A stretch of DNA of 64,000 nucleotides from Laetmonice hystrix (GCA_965235115.1 OZ249436.1:41976001-42040000); one strand, 5' to 3'. Shown: positions 24,301 to 38,200, counted from the stretch's first letter. Notes: a model not told the origin generated them from the letters alone. Numbers and translations: made by a program.

Positions 24301-26698
24301 GGACCATTGGACGTCACAGCCCTCATGGGTAGGTATACACATGCAACTTCTATTCTGGAGCATTTTGCGAATGTATCGAACGTTTAATATTTTTCGTAGA
24401 TCAAAGCCCATCTACCCTCCCTGTTGTATTTATGAAGGTGTTCTGGGTATGAGAGAATATTTATAATATTGATGCCAGTTTGAGGTTCTTGCAGGTTCCT
24501 GTTATAGTTTATTTATTAACGCGTCAAAGATATCCTGTCTATTGGAAGAAGTATACATCCACATGGAACGAGTTAAACAATCTTTTTTCCATGAAAAATC
24601 CCGACATCTAACCTGCAGCGCACGAATGTTATAAGTAGATGAACAGAGTAATCTGTCTGTGTGGATAGTTTAGTGCTCATAATCCGGTCGAGGCAGCTGG
24701 TGTTACTCTCAGACTGATGCTCTGACATTTCTGCCAGACAACCTTCATGGATATCACCTCTTTACTAGGTTCCTTAGCAGCAGCATGTAAGATAAGGCTG
24801 CTATAACAAATTCATAAACCTCACATAGGGTCCTCGTACCTCAACGTCTCTCCATGTAAAAGTGGCCGTGTTTATAATTCTCTCTCTGAATAGAAACTGC
24901 ACACGAATAGAAACTCTACCGACAAACAGAAAGTATCAACGTGTAATATACTATATGATGATGCGTTTTTTTAAGTTTATGTATGCGAAGTTTACTTCAG
25001 GGATCCGCTAGTTTATTTATGATGTAACTTCCTGCAATATGAGACCCTCGCATCCAGTGCAAAATATATTGGGATAACCCGATTGCCTCGTGTTGAATAT
25101 AAGACCACAGGGGTCGCAGCTATCGTTTCATTTCTCCTTGCTATTCGCCAATTCTTATAAAGCGAGCATCCTGTTTCATCAGCAGTTTGGGCTGAATGCA
25201 TAACTCTGGGCTGAATGCAGAGGTCCTTTCGAGAAAAATATTTGGTAAACAAGCTCACTAAATCCGCCAACGCCTTTGCAAGCACTGTATTACTGTATTG
25301 ACAGCTGTTGTCGTGGACCTACACATTAATGTTGAGGAGGGCTGTATAATCTCAGAACCTGTAGTTTCGTAATGAGGCTCTTCTGACCGCCAGGGTAGAT
25401 AGAACATATGTCTTCGGATTATGTCATCACGTGTGTATGACCTTACCATGGCGTGGGAGTGAGAGGTGTCGAAAAGCTGGCCTACACGTCGGTTTGGAAT
25501 TTGTGATAACAGTCAGTTCAGGGCACTGTCGAGGAACTTATTTGTGGTGCCATCTTTTTACATTTACATCCGCAATATAATAAATGTTTTTAATAGATGG
25601 GTCCTATATCAGTACATTATATTTGAGGAGTTAAGCGCCCCTCCACATTTAATTTCGAACAGTTCCATTCCCATACAGATAAGTCTAGAATAAGCCGACG
25701 TGTTTCTAAGTTCACGAAATATACTTATTTTTGTTGTTGAAAGAAAACCTTTTATCCCTGCCAAATCGGATAGAAAGCTGTCAAATTTGATCTGCTGCCC
25801 AGCCTCATATGCCCTCCCATGCGAATATCATCCTAGCCCGCCAACAGTGACCCCCTGCCGTCTTAATTCATGGATTATATGCAGCTTGACTCGTGTGCCC
25901 AACTCAAAACGTTTCCACGCCCTGTTTCCTCCCCCATGGTCAAATCGTAAAGTGCTGATCTGATCCATGTGTACAATCTTACCAACAACCCGAGGGCGAA
26001 CCCCTCCGGGTACGGGAGAGGAATTGAGAGCCATCGCCACGAGGATTGTGGTCACTTATCGCTACAGGGTCTGGGGCGTCATATCGGAGTCAGGGGTTCT
26101 ATAGCGTGAACATAAAAACATGAAAGACGAAAAGTCAAGTGCGTAGGCTACCTCTGCATTTCGTTATGAAAACCAACGATGGGGGAGCGTGTGTCTGTCA
26201 GCTAGGCGTACATTATCTGCTGCACTTGTCGGTGTCAGTCGCACCAAATTGTCTTCAATCCTTACACTAGTAAACTTGTGACGTATGCTTCCTGGAGTAC
26301 CTTACTTCCTATCCAGTGGGATGGGGTGAAAAACACACCCGTTGGGAGGTGAAAGACAGGATGTAATTATTTCGATCCGTCAAAATGCGCAAAAAGGTGC
26401 GCGAGTTGAAAGTTTTGGGCGGTTTGATTTGAATGGATGGCAGGGAGAGGCACGATGTCTACGGAAGTTGAGTAGGAAGGGGTGGCGCTGGGGGGGGGGG
26501 GGTCAACCTCCAGCCCTCAACCCCCACAGGCACCCCCACCCCCAACCAAACCTGGCCTGCCTGGCTGGAATTCAGCAACCAGCAGCAGCAGAGGTGGCAT
26601 CCAGTTTCGCTCATCTGGCATAAATTGTGATCCTGTCTAGCCTTGGAACAAGGGAGCTGTGAAGACCTCAACCCCTCCCCCTTCCTCTCCCCCTCCCC

Positions 26699-26752
<54 letters not shown>

Positions 26753-29700
26753 GATGGACGAGTATAGCTCTAACAGAAAAATTAATGCAGAACTCCCATG
26801 CAGCCAGAAGCTTTCAATAAAGAACTATTTATAATTTTTAAGGACAGTACTTTCCTGATCTCAGTAATTATGTTGATTAGTCAATGACATGGCAGATCTA
26901 TGATTATTTACAATGATTATTTATCTTGGTTATCTGAATAGCACTGGCCGACCCGAATAATTTTTAAGACTCAACTACAACTAGCTAATATACTTTGCTG
27001 CTCGCAGGTGGAATGAGTGAAGAGTTCACTAAGAAGATTCAGGAATGGGAGGAGAAGAAACGCCGGAGTTTATTCAAAGGTAGGAGTAATACTGACAATT
27101 ATAAAACAATCATCACAGCCATTGGGCCTCATAATCATCTTGATTCATAACCAAGTGAAATTTAGATTAAGGGCAATTTTCTTTATGAGGCTGACGACAT
27201 GGTGACATGTCATGTTGGTGGAGTGCCGTATGTGTGTGTGTGTGTGGGGGGGGGGGGTGTTCCCATATATGCGGTCCGAGGTCTTTGTAGATATAAAGCA
27301 GATTGTTGAACCAGTTCATGTTCCATTGGAAATAATCATGATTACATCTTGTAATTAAATATGTTAATTAACTGCATCCTGGTTTATTTCACTCGGGTTT
27401 TTTTACTTGTATCTAGACAATAGCATTAACTTGGAAGATGATGTCCGGGAATCCGCTGATGCAGCTCGATTTACTGAAGAGTTCATTCGGAAAATGGAAG
27501 AGTGGGAGAAAATGAAAGGACTTGGTGAGCTTGGTGTATTCATATCATTACTGAATACTGACTACTTCAATGGGTCACAAAGACGGGAGGGGTAGGAAAC
27601 AAGTAAAGAGACGATGAGGAGAACAGTAAGAAACTGGAAATAAAATACGCATGGATGCTATTACTGAATTGGCTACAATTCAGTTCATTGCCCGATGAAT
27701 TTTTATCGGCTGTTTAAGTCAATGTCAGGTCAACGATTTTGTCAAAAAGCAGCCATAAGACGATCGCTTCATAGCGACATCCGACAGCTTGAATGTTGAA
27801 TTTCATTAGATTTCTCCATTTCTGTAGGTATACATGTACATTTATTGAATTTTGTAGTCTAAGACCGTATCTAACCTAACAGCCAATGTCCGCATTTTGG
27901 AGTCATTGAAATGGGAGATACTCGTTGATTGCTTTAAGCACAGTTGTCCTTGTCCTGTTGCCAGAAGTTCTAGTGAGTGGGGGTCGTACGCGGTCGTACG
28001 CTCAAATCTCAGTCTTATTTGGGCATGATTTTTTATGAGTTCCTTTTGGCATCTCAGGATCCCCGCCCAAGTTTCGTTCAGGCCGTGAGGGTACGACCCA
28101 GTCGCCCGACCTATGCACGCCCCCAGACCAAGCCTCACAGTCGCCAAGCATGGAGGATCTACAGAAACACCTGAGTGAGAGTTTCAGCAAGACGGTTCAG
28201 GTAGGCAATTATTGCGTTATTGAGGTTTGTAGAAGCATTGGAACAAGGAGTGGGAGCAAAGGTCTTAATTTATTCGATGGCTCTCTCAACACATGTAAGG
28301 TCCTTTGCCCATCTTAGTACTCATCTTGTAACTCTAAAAGATTTTCCTTGCGTTTCTCAAGGAATGGGAGCGGATCAAGACGCAGCGAATAAAGGACACC
28401 GGGAGTCCAGTATCTGACATGTCCATGAGACAGACTGAGAAACGATCCCGCAAACAGGAACGCAGCAAATCCAGAGAAAGGGACAGATCTCGCAGCAAGT
28501 ACGATAAACAACGAGAGCGAGAACTCCAAAAGATCGAGAAGAAAGAGCAGAAGATCGAAAAGGAACGACAGAAATTAGAACGCATGCGGCAGAAACTCGA
28601 GGGCATCGAAACCATGAGCGAAGTACACGTAGAAGGAGTATCACAGGAGTTTGCCCGGAAACTGTACGAATGGGAAGTCATGAAAGGGTTGCGTCAAGAA
28701 CAGCCCGCGCCCTCTGTCGGCGATGAAAGTGTCATGGCATCAAGCACGGAGACATCGTTTACTTTACATACAACACAAACTATTCACACAAGATCACAGT
28801 CAGCTAAGGCGTATAAAGAGTTCATGAATGAAAAGAGAGAACGCACTCAGTCAGAGAGTCAGGTCGATGGTCTAGGGACCGGAAGCGGAAGTGAGACTCC
28901 GATAGAGGGACGCTGCCGGACGGAGGGCGCCAACACGCGGTCAGCAAGCGTACCATCGGTTCGATCGTCCACAGCTTTAGTCGACGACAGTACAAGCATT
29001 GACCTCAACCTCACCACACAAGATCCCCCTAGGTAAAGCACTTTATAAACTTTTATAAACTGGAGTTTTTTTTCAGTACAATCCAAATAAATAGGTCCTC
29101 GTGATTTTCAAAGATTGTTCCTCAACGTACCTTATTACGGTATATAAACGTCAATTTTAGTGTTGGGTGGGAGATTCTGAATGACTTGATCAGATATTTA
29201 CCTTGGTGGCTTGACGACTCCATATAATGGAGGAAAGAATCAGGCGTTTATATCATAATACGAGATAGATGGCGCACCAGGTTGAAAGAACCCATCTCAA
29301 CTCGAGTCGCAGTTCGAAACCCCATGTTGTAGGTCTACTACACTTCGTGACATTTACCTTAAAGCTAGCCTAGTTATCTGGTAACAGTCCAGCATTCAGG
29401 CTGGGTAATATGGTGTCCTCTTCCAGTGACCAGACGAAGACACTCCTGGACGACCTGGCCCACAAGGAGGACGAGCTGGCTGCCATGCAGCATGAAGTAC
29501 AACAACTTACGGAACGAATCTCCTCCATGGACATTGAACACACTAAACAGATAGGTTCGTTTCGTTAGCCCTACCGAAATGCCACTTTTATAGGATCATG
29601 GAGTACTTGTCGAGGTAGTGAGCGAAAATGTCATCAAATTTGTATAGTCATGTCAGGATTGGTATATCTGTAGGATTTGATCCCGGGGTAGATTCGTAAC

Positions 29701-32700
29701 GACTACTGAATGTTATTATGGAACTAAAACTGAAATAAACACAAATTCATTTGAGTTGATTAATCTCCAGTTCAGATGTCTGCCATTGTGTTGAAAACGT
29801 CCATGTTTGTTCAGATGTAGGGCATTGGGAGCTAATCAAGATGTTAGGCGTCGAGTTGGAGAACCAGCAGTGTGTCATAAGTCAGACAGGTTTGAGGACA
29901 GTCTATATGACAGTTTAGGATGCCCAAGTTGGTTGGTGGTTGATCTAATAAAGATGAATGAAGGTGTAGTTGCTAGTGAAGATGTTGGGAGAGGTGTTTA
30001 TTTAAGATGATGGTGGAGTTAGAACTGCTGGTGGTGGGGTAGAGGGGGTGGAGATGGTGGTGGAGGTGGAACGGGTGGTGGAAGGGTAGAGGGGGTAAGG
30101 ATGGTGGTGGAGGTGGAACCGGTGGTGGAGGGGTAGAGAGGGTAAGGATGGTGGTGGAGGTGGAACCGGTGGTGGAGGGGTAGAGAGGGTAAGGATGGTG
30201 GTGGAGGTGGAACCGGTGGTGGAGGGGTAGAGAGGGTAAGGATGGTGGTGGAGGTGGAACCGGTGGTGGAGGGGTAGAGGGGGTAAGGATGGTGGTGGAG
30301 GTGGAACCGGTGGTTGAGGGGTAGAGAGGGTAAGGATGGTGGTGGAGGTGGAACCGGTGGTGGAGGGGTAGAGAGGGTAAGGATGGTGGTGGAGGTGGAA
30401 CCGGTGGTGGAGGGGTAGAGAGGGTAAGGATGGTGGTGGAGGTGGAACCGGTGGTGGAGGGGTAGAGGGGGTAAGGATGGTGGTGGAGGTGGAACCGGTG
30501 GTTGAGGGGTAGAGGGGGTAAGGATGGTGGTGGAGGTGGAACCGGTGGTGGAGGGGTAGAGGGGGTAAGGATGGTGGTGGAGGTGGAACCGGTGGTTGAG
30601 GGGTAGAGAGGGTAAGGATGGTGGTGGAGGTGGAACCGGTGGGGGGGGGGGGGGTAGAGGGGGTAAGGATGGTGGTGGAGGTGGAACCGGTGGTGGAGGG
30701 GTAGAGGGGGTAAGGATGGTGGTGGAGGTGGAACCGGTGGTGGAGGGGTAGAGGGGGTAAGGATGGTGGTGGAGGTGGAACCGGTGGTTGAGGGGTAGAG
30801 AGGGTAAGGATGGTGGTGGAGGTGGAACCGGTGTTAGAGGGGTAGAGGGGGTAAGGATGGTGGTGGAGGTGGAACCGGTGGTGGAGGGGTAGCCTACTAT
30901 ATGTCCTAATCCAGCACATTTATGTTTCAGAGCATTTCAAGCGAGAGTTGTGGGCCAGCAGTCAGTTAGGGCGTTATACAATCGAGACAGACCTTGTATC
31001 AGCCAGTATGTACGAGCTCAGACTAAAAGTGGACCAACTGACGGCCTATCAGGAAAGGCTTATCAAGGAACGGGACCAACTGCAGGTACATCCTACAACT
31101 GGATAATGTCACCAGTATTCCTGCTGTGAGAATTGATGGCAATATTAAATTTAACAGGAGATGTGTGTAATTGAAGCTGGTTATTTGTGCTTCAGACACA
31201 GACAGAAAGGGAAATGACAGCACGCCAAGAGGTTGAAGCTCGTCTCATCAGTCAGTTACGTCGGCGCAGCCCACCTCAGGGCTCACAACACCAGCAGGCT
31301 ATCGGTACACGCTTTCTCTCTCCCTCTCTTTGGAAACGGTAACATATTGTAGGTCAAACCATTTTACATTAATATCTATTATAATGTTATGTTTTTCATT
31401 ATCTACAGACACTGTTTTTTATAGGCCGCCAGCACTTCAACGTTCTCCAAGCAATTTTCCTATTCTAATTTCCTGTTCCGTGACTTATTTTTCAGAATCC
31501 GTCCAAGACTTTGACAAATTGTGTGAATTCTTCCTGAAACTTTGGTCACAGGTATATAGAACCCTATATATCATAAAAAAAAGCGCCTTACGATTTTTTC
31601 AAAGCCGAGAACCGATCGATTAGACTAATAGAACATCATGGATTATTATCTCATGGGTAAATTTATGGACGATTTAACCATGTATCACACTAATCATAAT
31701 ATAAGAATGCAATAAATCGTAACCAACAGACCCTACGTCTACTTAGTATAGTAAGTGGGGCCTGAATTACTGCTTAATTTGGTTGCTGTGGTGTGTCAGT
31801 CTTATTTTATCATGTTGCTCATACGACTGTTCCAGCTGAATGAACTACGACTTGGAGTGCTTGAGAGAAATAAACTCCTTGCCGACATGCAACACCACGT
31901 GCTGCGTCAGGAGGTTGCCAATCGGCTGATGGCAGCCGACATGGCGTCACGTGACCTCCAGCTTACTTACCTCCAGGGGGCGCGCAAGCGAGGCATCCTC
32001 AAGCGATCACACACCTTCTCAGGCCGAGATCATATTACAAGAGGGGTAGGGCATAGTAAACGGATAAACACATTTGTAGTTAGACTCTGTAAAAAAAAGG
32101 GAAATCAATAAGAGATAGTAGTACCCATGCTCGTGGCTAGCACAGTGGGGGTAGCGATTTGGTTTAAATAAAGACCTAGATCTCTGCGGTTAGAAATTCG
32201 GCAGGTCCAATACACAAGAAACTGGTGTTTATGACCTACCGGAAGTGGAAATTGACCTTATTTAAGTTTATGAGTCTGAATTAAACTTAGCTCAGCTCCA
32301 GTGATTCTCGGGTTTGCAGTTCGTTGAAAATCGCAAAACGATCCGTTTCTCTGTTTTCTTTTGCCGTCACTGATTAAAACATGTCATTTTCTGCCTGAGC
32401 TACTAAACTGACATTACCAGTCGTATAATGGGGTGACATTGATTTTTGACCTCAGGAGACGAAGCGGAGCAGTAGCGCCCGTCGATTTCTGACATGTCAC
32501 CACGCCATGTTTGAGTACGGCATCAGTCAGCTCCGTCATGGTAACACAGACGCCACCCAGGTCGACTGGGAGTGGCTCGAACGGCTGCGGGCCCAGAGAG
32601 CCTCGGCAATAGGTGAGCAAACTAAATACACAAACTTCATGATTTATATGTTAAAGTCGTGACAGATGAGCGAAACTTGAATATTCCCTTTTTGATCATT

Positions 32701-35241
32701 CTTTGTTGACAAAAACCACACAAGTCGGATATATCATAAGCCCAGCCTGCATTTTCATTTCAGTTTAAACAATTAAAATATACATATAGGCTACGTGGAC
32801 TATAATTCACATAACCGCAATTTCCTAACATATAACATCGTAAACGAAATGCAGCGTACATGTTACAATAGAGAAAGGCATTGGAACTTAGCCATGGGGC
32901 CCCAAAACCTTGCAGCCCTGCCTCTGGTCCGGGTCCTTGAGTACACTCGAACCTAAACTCGGCAATCTTTTGGTTGACAGGTCGGATTCAGGGTGCTGTA
33001 TCCATGGCAACCCATGCGGCCCAGACGGAATTAGCGCCAAAGGGTCACGTGACATTGGACAGTGCAGCCCAGACAGTGATGACCCTTTGCAACATTCCAT
33101 ATTCCACACCGCCCATACCGAGAGAGGTTCGGCTGCTGACAGCTCTCTCTAATAAAGGAGTGCAGGCCGACGTCCCACAAGAAAGCAAGTCTCCCCCTGG
33201 AACACCCATTAAAATCGTACCAACGGCAACATCCACTCCAATAAAGCCGGTGCCTGTTACCATGGAGATTATTCAGCCGATCTGTAACCATACAACTGTG
33301 ACCTCTGCCAGACCTCAGCTTGTGCGACAGAAACATACAGAGAGGCCACTATCTCCCACCGAGGGGAAAAGTGATAATGATACGGCCAGACCAACGTCCT
33401 CTTCGACGCTAAGTTCTTCATCTGAACAGCTGAAGAAAGAATTCATGAAGAGGGACTTTGCAGCTGAGATGAGGCAATCCTTAGCCCATAATACACATCA
33501 ACTTTTCCCTGAGAAGAACCAACGACCGACGTCAACGCACAGTGCCACATTTGAACGAGAAAAATTGCAACCCAGTGCCGCGGAGTCGGTATCTCAGGGT
33601 ACACCTCGCCAAACTGGCCCATGGATACGTCGTTTCGGTGCACTGAGTGACCCTGAAGATTCCATAGGCCCTTCCTCCTCCCACCCCCCTCACAGCCCGA
33701 TCATAAGGTCGCGCAATCCTCGAAAGCTCAAAGCCGAAAACAAAGCATGCTCGCAGCAGCAGTGCACAGACTCGCGGACTTGGAAAGCGACGCCCCCAAA
33801 ACGTATGCTCCGTCATAGGAGGCCGTCAACTGAGAAACGGGCTTCTCTGACGTCAGACACAGACACAGACGGACCGAGCTCCCCAACACTGTCAAGCTCG
33901 GATCACGTTCCACCAAGGCGTCGGTTGAAGGAAGATCGCTACTCAATGCCGACAACACCACGATCCCTGTCTGTTCCTCCTCGTGACAATGTCATGTACG
34001 ACCTGTGTTTCCGGGAGCGTTACACTCCAAAATACACTCAGAGAGACATTAAACCAGTAGTGGTTCATGACATGATCAGTAAGTTTGAAAGTGGCTCGGC
34101 GGCCTCTCAGGCGGGAGGTGGTTGTTGCCGTGGAAACCGTTCTCCAAGCCCAGCCATCAGGAAGCCCGTTGTGACCCCAGTGCGGAGGTTGAAAACGGCG
34201 GCGGAGCTGATGCACGACAGCGAGTCTCACCGCCATGGCACATGGTCAAGCAGCCAGACCAGGGCGTCGAGTATCAGCCCCGTGCCTCGCAGCATATCGT
34301 CCCTGTCCTCCGACAAGGAAAACGACAAAGTTGACTCCCGCGTCCATGTCATCATCCACCGCCTGTCGCGGGAGTCCACCCCAGACCGGGCTGGAGGTGG
34401 GGCTGCCGCTGGAGGTATACCGGTTTCCGAGGCGCCGACCGCCGACATGGTCAAACAGGTCGTTCGCAGACTGTCAGAGTCCTCCATAGAAGGTCCTAAG
34501 ACTGCCCTTAAGGACCTCACAAACGGAACCAAAGTAAAGAAAATGGCTGACACATTTAAAGACAGGGCAAACACTCCTGATCGTACGGATACACGACAGC
34601 AACAGCCCCAGGCAAAAGCCCCTCTTGGCGGTAAAAAACATTACGAACTCCCCAAGCAGGGGCAGGTTTCTAGGTTCGCCAGTGTATACGAGACCAAAGT
34701 AGAATCGAAGGAGGTGAAAGGCGGTTTGATCCGTGCGTCCTTAGCGTCATCCACGCAGGCGTCAGTAGGTAGCGTCAAAACACAGGAGCCCAAACCGGTT
34801 CCTGGCCACACATCCACAACGCAGACCGTCAAGTCCCAAACGTTAGGCAACACTTCAACTCTTCCAGCATCGGGCAGCAGCCATACTGGCCAAGGTGATC
34901 AACCGCAACAAGCAAAAACGTTACCATCTGCGTTTCCCGCCCAACAAGGAGCAACCGGTGGGGGAGGGGCAGTGGGGAGTGGGGGAAGGGATTTCAAGAC
35001 CAAACTGTTCGGGCGCAAAACCAGTAAACCGAGCGCCGTGACGATGTTATGTAAGCAAGCAGTGAGCGTAGATATGGAGGATTGTCCCGTCCCTGACGAG
35101 GCGAGCAAAGGGAACAGTTTACCGCGGTCTCCAGAGGCTCCGAGAAAGGACGGATCTCTGGAGAAGTCAAGTAGAGCACGTCGATTCCTGGATACCAACT
35201 GGCTGCAGAGACCCAAGAGATTCTTCAAGGTGTCAAAGTAA
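21365..35241 (+). CDS. Large uncharacterised protein (~2,130 aa): Ser/Pro/Arg-rich low-complexity regions, coiled-coil segments, 4x EF-x-K-x-x-x-EWE motif
   Basis: Phase-consistent exon chain: 21365-21380 (MDEWQ, tentative first exon), 22013-24328, 27008-27079, 27417-27524, 28058-28200, 28362-29032, 29427-29554, 30931-31085, 31196-31304, 31496-31551, 31836-32045, 32456-32612, 32981-35241 (TAA). Sum 6402 nt with no internal stop; includes the 806-aa, 205-aa and 755-aa ORFs of the track. All junctions GT-AG. Family not recognised. Confidence 0.85.
26700..26749. repeat. (CT)n microsatellite
   Basis: About 22 uninterrupted CT units in an intron of the large plus-strand gene. Confidence 0.95.
30030..30891. 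repeat. G-rich 47-bp minisatellite, ~18 copies, intronic
   Basis: Unit ggtggtggaggggtagagagggtaaggatggtggtggaggtggaacc repeats with period 47 (e.g. 30121, 30168, 30215); lies in intron 29555-30930. Confidence 0.97.
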
Positions 35242-38200
35242 GCCACTTCCCTATTGGAGAAGTTAACCGTGACCTGCATGAACCTTCAACTACAGTTTTT
35301 TTCGGCTGGTTTTAGCATGTAGTAACCTGGCGTTCCAAGCCCATTGGCTTCAGTGGTATAGTCGCCAGCTGGGCTTGGGATTGCTTCCATTCAAAATCGT
35401 CGGGTCCTTGCACCTCCCTGTACCTCCCCCACACATAGTTTCCAGTCGAACATAACGTCTTAATGAAGGTGTCTCTACCGTTCTTTAAGCACTGGCTGTT
35501 ACTGAATGAGTAGGCCTATTCTCCGACTCTTTTGGTCTGAAGCGGGAGTTTGAATCTGTGAACATAATGGCGGCCATCGCTGGTCATGCAGCTGTCTCTC
35601 CCAAAACGAGGCTAGGTGCAAGATCAATCAGGGAGCCGTTCTTATTCTCATACTGCATCAATGCATCAATGCGTGGCGCTGCGATTATGGCGACGAACAG
35701 TTTGTGTTTAGTGTGATGGCAAATCTAAGCCCCAAAAATACTTCTCTGGTTATGAAAAACGAAACTTAAAGGGGAGTCTTGACAGGACAGAGGTGACGGC
35801 TCTTGTGTCTGTGTGTCGATGTGTCTGTGAAAAACTAACCCATCCCTCCCTCCTTCCCTCCGCAAACCGGAAGTAGCCCTACACAAGATGGCGACTCGCT
35901 TCTTGTGAATGTGCCCGCTATACATGACTTGGATTTCAAATATACGGTTTAATTGACAGCAGGATTTATTGGAGTAAATTGTACCACAGACATACATATG
36001 GACATATTTAATCATTGAGTGTAATACGAGTTCACATCTGAGTGGTAGGTAACAAAAAAAACGCGGCGGACTGCATGACGGGGACTGGAAACCCCCCGTT
36101 TTCATAAGGGATCGCTGTCCGTCCCAGAACTGACAAGTAACTGGGAGTCTGGGGCGATGCCCTGTCAAGTAACTGGGATGATGCTCTGTCTAAGCATGTA
36201 GGTACGCTGCATGGAACATAACAAGAAAAAGAAGTTTTGGATTTTTATTTGCATTTTTATGTCCTACTGATAAGGAAAGCATGGCCCTTCCATCTCGCAA
36301 AGTAATAATCGCATTCGCCCCCACCCTCTTTTTTTTACCCAGCATGTGAGCATTATGATGTGGTGTGTGTTACAGGTGCTAACGGTGTGGTGTCGGGACA
36401 GGGTAGCCGTAACTATGGCGTAGGTTTAAAATGGACCAATTCACCCGGATAATTGGTGGTGGGTTTTATCAACTTTTTATTTATTTTTTACTTTTTTAAA
36501 AATTTCTTCCGTTTATTATCTTAACTGAATGTAGCTTTGTATATGGACTGCTGGCCGAGTTTGACTAAATCAGTGTGGCTAATGAATATTGACAATTACA
36601 CGACAAAACGGACCTATAACTTATCCTGCGGGATACAGTTTTATAATAAGTTTACATTCATTATGAATTCCATGTAAACCATTATTTCTATTTTCTATTC
36701 AAACAGCTGACTTATTATTATTACCAGCTTCTCGTACTTTTCTTCCCAGATGATCGCTGACTTTCAACCGTTGGACATCTGCAGCGCCAAATTGTCTACA
36801 GTGTCGCCCTCTTGTGTCATACACCTATCAAGTATAGATGGCCGTATTAGGCCTATAGATAGAACACAAATCAGGCAGTAACCCGTTTCTCAGCCTCAGC
36901 TGGACTCTGCTCTTCCTTTCGCAGTTAATAATACTCAAATATTCGGTTAAACCCGGCGAAGGCAAATATCTTTTTGCAACGAATCGTTTTGGCTGTTCGT
37001 TATAATTACGGAAAACCAATTCTCTGGCTGTATTGACAGAAGACTGTGGACCAAAATCACACCTGAAATTCAGACGGGAGAGTTGAACTACTTTGTGAAC
37101 GGATCGATTTTTCATATACATATGTATATTGTGTTACATACTTTCGTTATGTGCATGGACGAATCAGAGGCCAAATAGCTTTTTATCTCAGTGCAATCTT
37201 TTTGTTAACCATTTGTGAAATGGAACAATGATAGATGTAAATATTTTAATTATTGTTATCAGAATGTGATATATATAAACACGGTATGCATGCGAGAATC
37301 ATGGGTGAAAGGCAGGTCTTTTTTTCTTAAGCCGATGAATATAGGCGGTAGCAGACGCGTACGTTGTGTTTTCATTAGGTCGGTTGAAGAAAGCACTGTT
37401 ATTAATTTTAAAAAGTAGAGTACGGTAAGCCTCTTAGATCTTACCTACCATAATATGCCAAGTGTATCAAAAGCAGTAGAAACCAAGTTTGTAAATTTTG
37501 GATAAGTAAACCGTAATATTGTAGAATGAATTATTAATAGTTTCACCGTTATCCGCCAAAACTAAGACGCCGATCATCGTACTGTGCCGTAACAAATCAT
37601 CCTGCAGCCTTTTACGGAGTTTGTTGATGAATTAAGTGATCATCAGATGTAGATAATGTCATTAGTGTACGTCTAGATAACAATTAAACCGATAAAACCG
37701 TGGAAAATGGCTTCCTCTTTCTTTGTGGGGTTCTTCACACATTTGTATTTTGAAACTTCATCGTTTTTGTTTTATTCGGGATCAGAATTTCGTGGGAAAG
37801 GGGAAATAATAATAACACATATTTACACATTTCATAAGCATCTGTGGGTTTTATGATTGAAATCATGCAGCCATCGTACAGAGCTTTTTGACTTAAAAAA
37901 GTGATTGCCTGGTCACACAACAGATACCAGGTTCTATAGAAGCATGGGTTCTCTTATTCCTCCCCTGAACAGACTATTCCACGTATATTATGTATATATA
38001 CACTATTTACATGTGGCCAGTGGGAGAGGTGGCATGGATGTTGGTTGGTTGGCATTCGTGGAGCCAAACAATAAGGTATCACAACGACCACTGGCTTGGT
38101 GTGTGACCAGACCCCCAACCACCTTCATCACAGCAAGAAATTAGATTCTCATGCATTTTCTCATCTGTCAGTCAGTTAGTTCAATGATAATTATTAAAAT

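Noticed and set aside
25120..25190. CTGATGA...GAAA on the minus strand (hammerhead ribozyme core)
   Set aside because: No convincing stem II or flanking stems; other CTGATGA hits also fail.
29268..29325. A-box/B-box-like motifs (gttcgaaacc) suggesting a tRNA gene
   Set aside because: No cloverleaf can be folded; at most a decayed SINE head.
30002..30919. 305-aa Pro/His/Thr-rich ORF on the minus strand
   Set aside because: Artefact of the 47-bp minisatellite, which has no stop on that strand; the peptide cycles through three frames and lies antisense within an intron.
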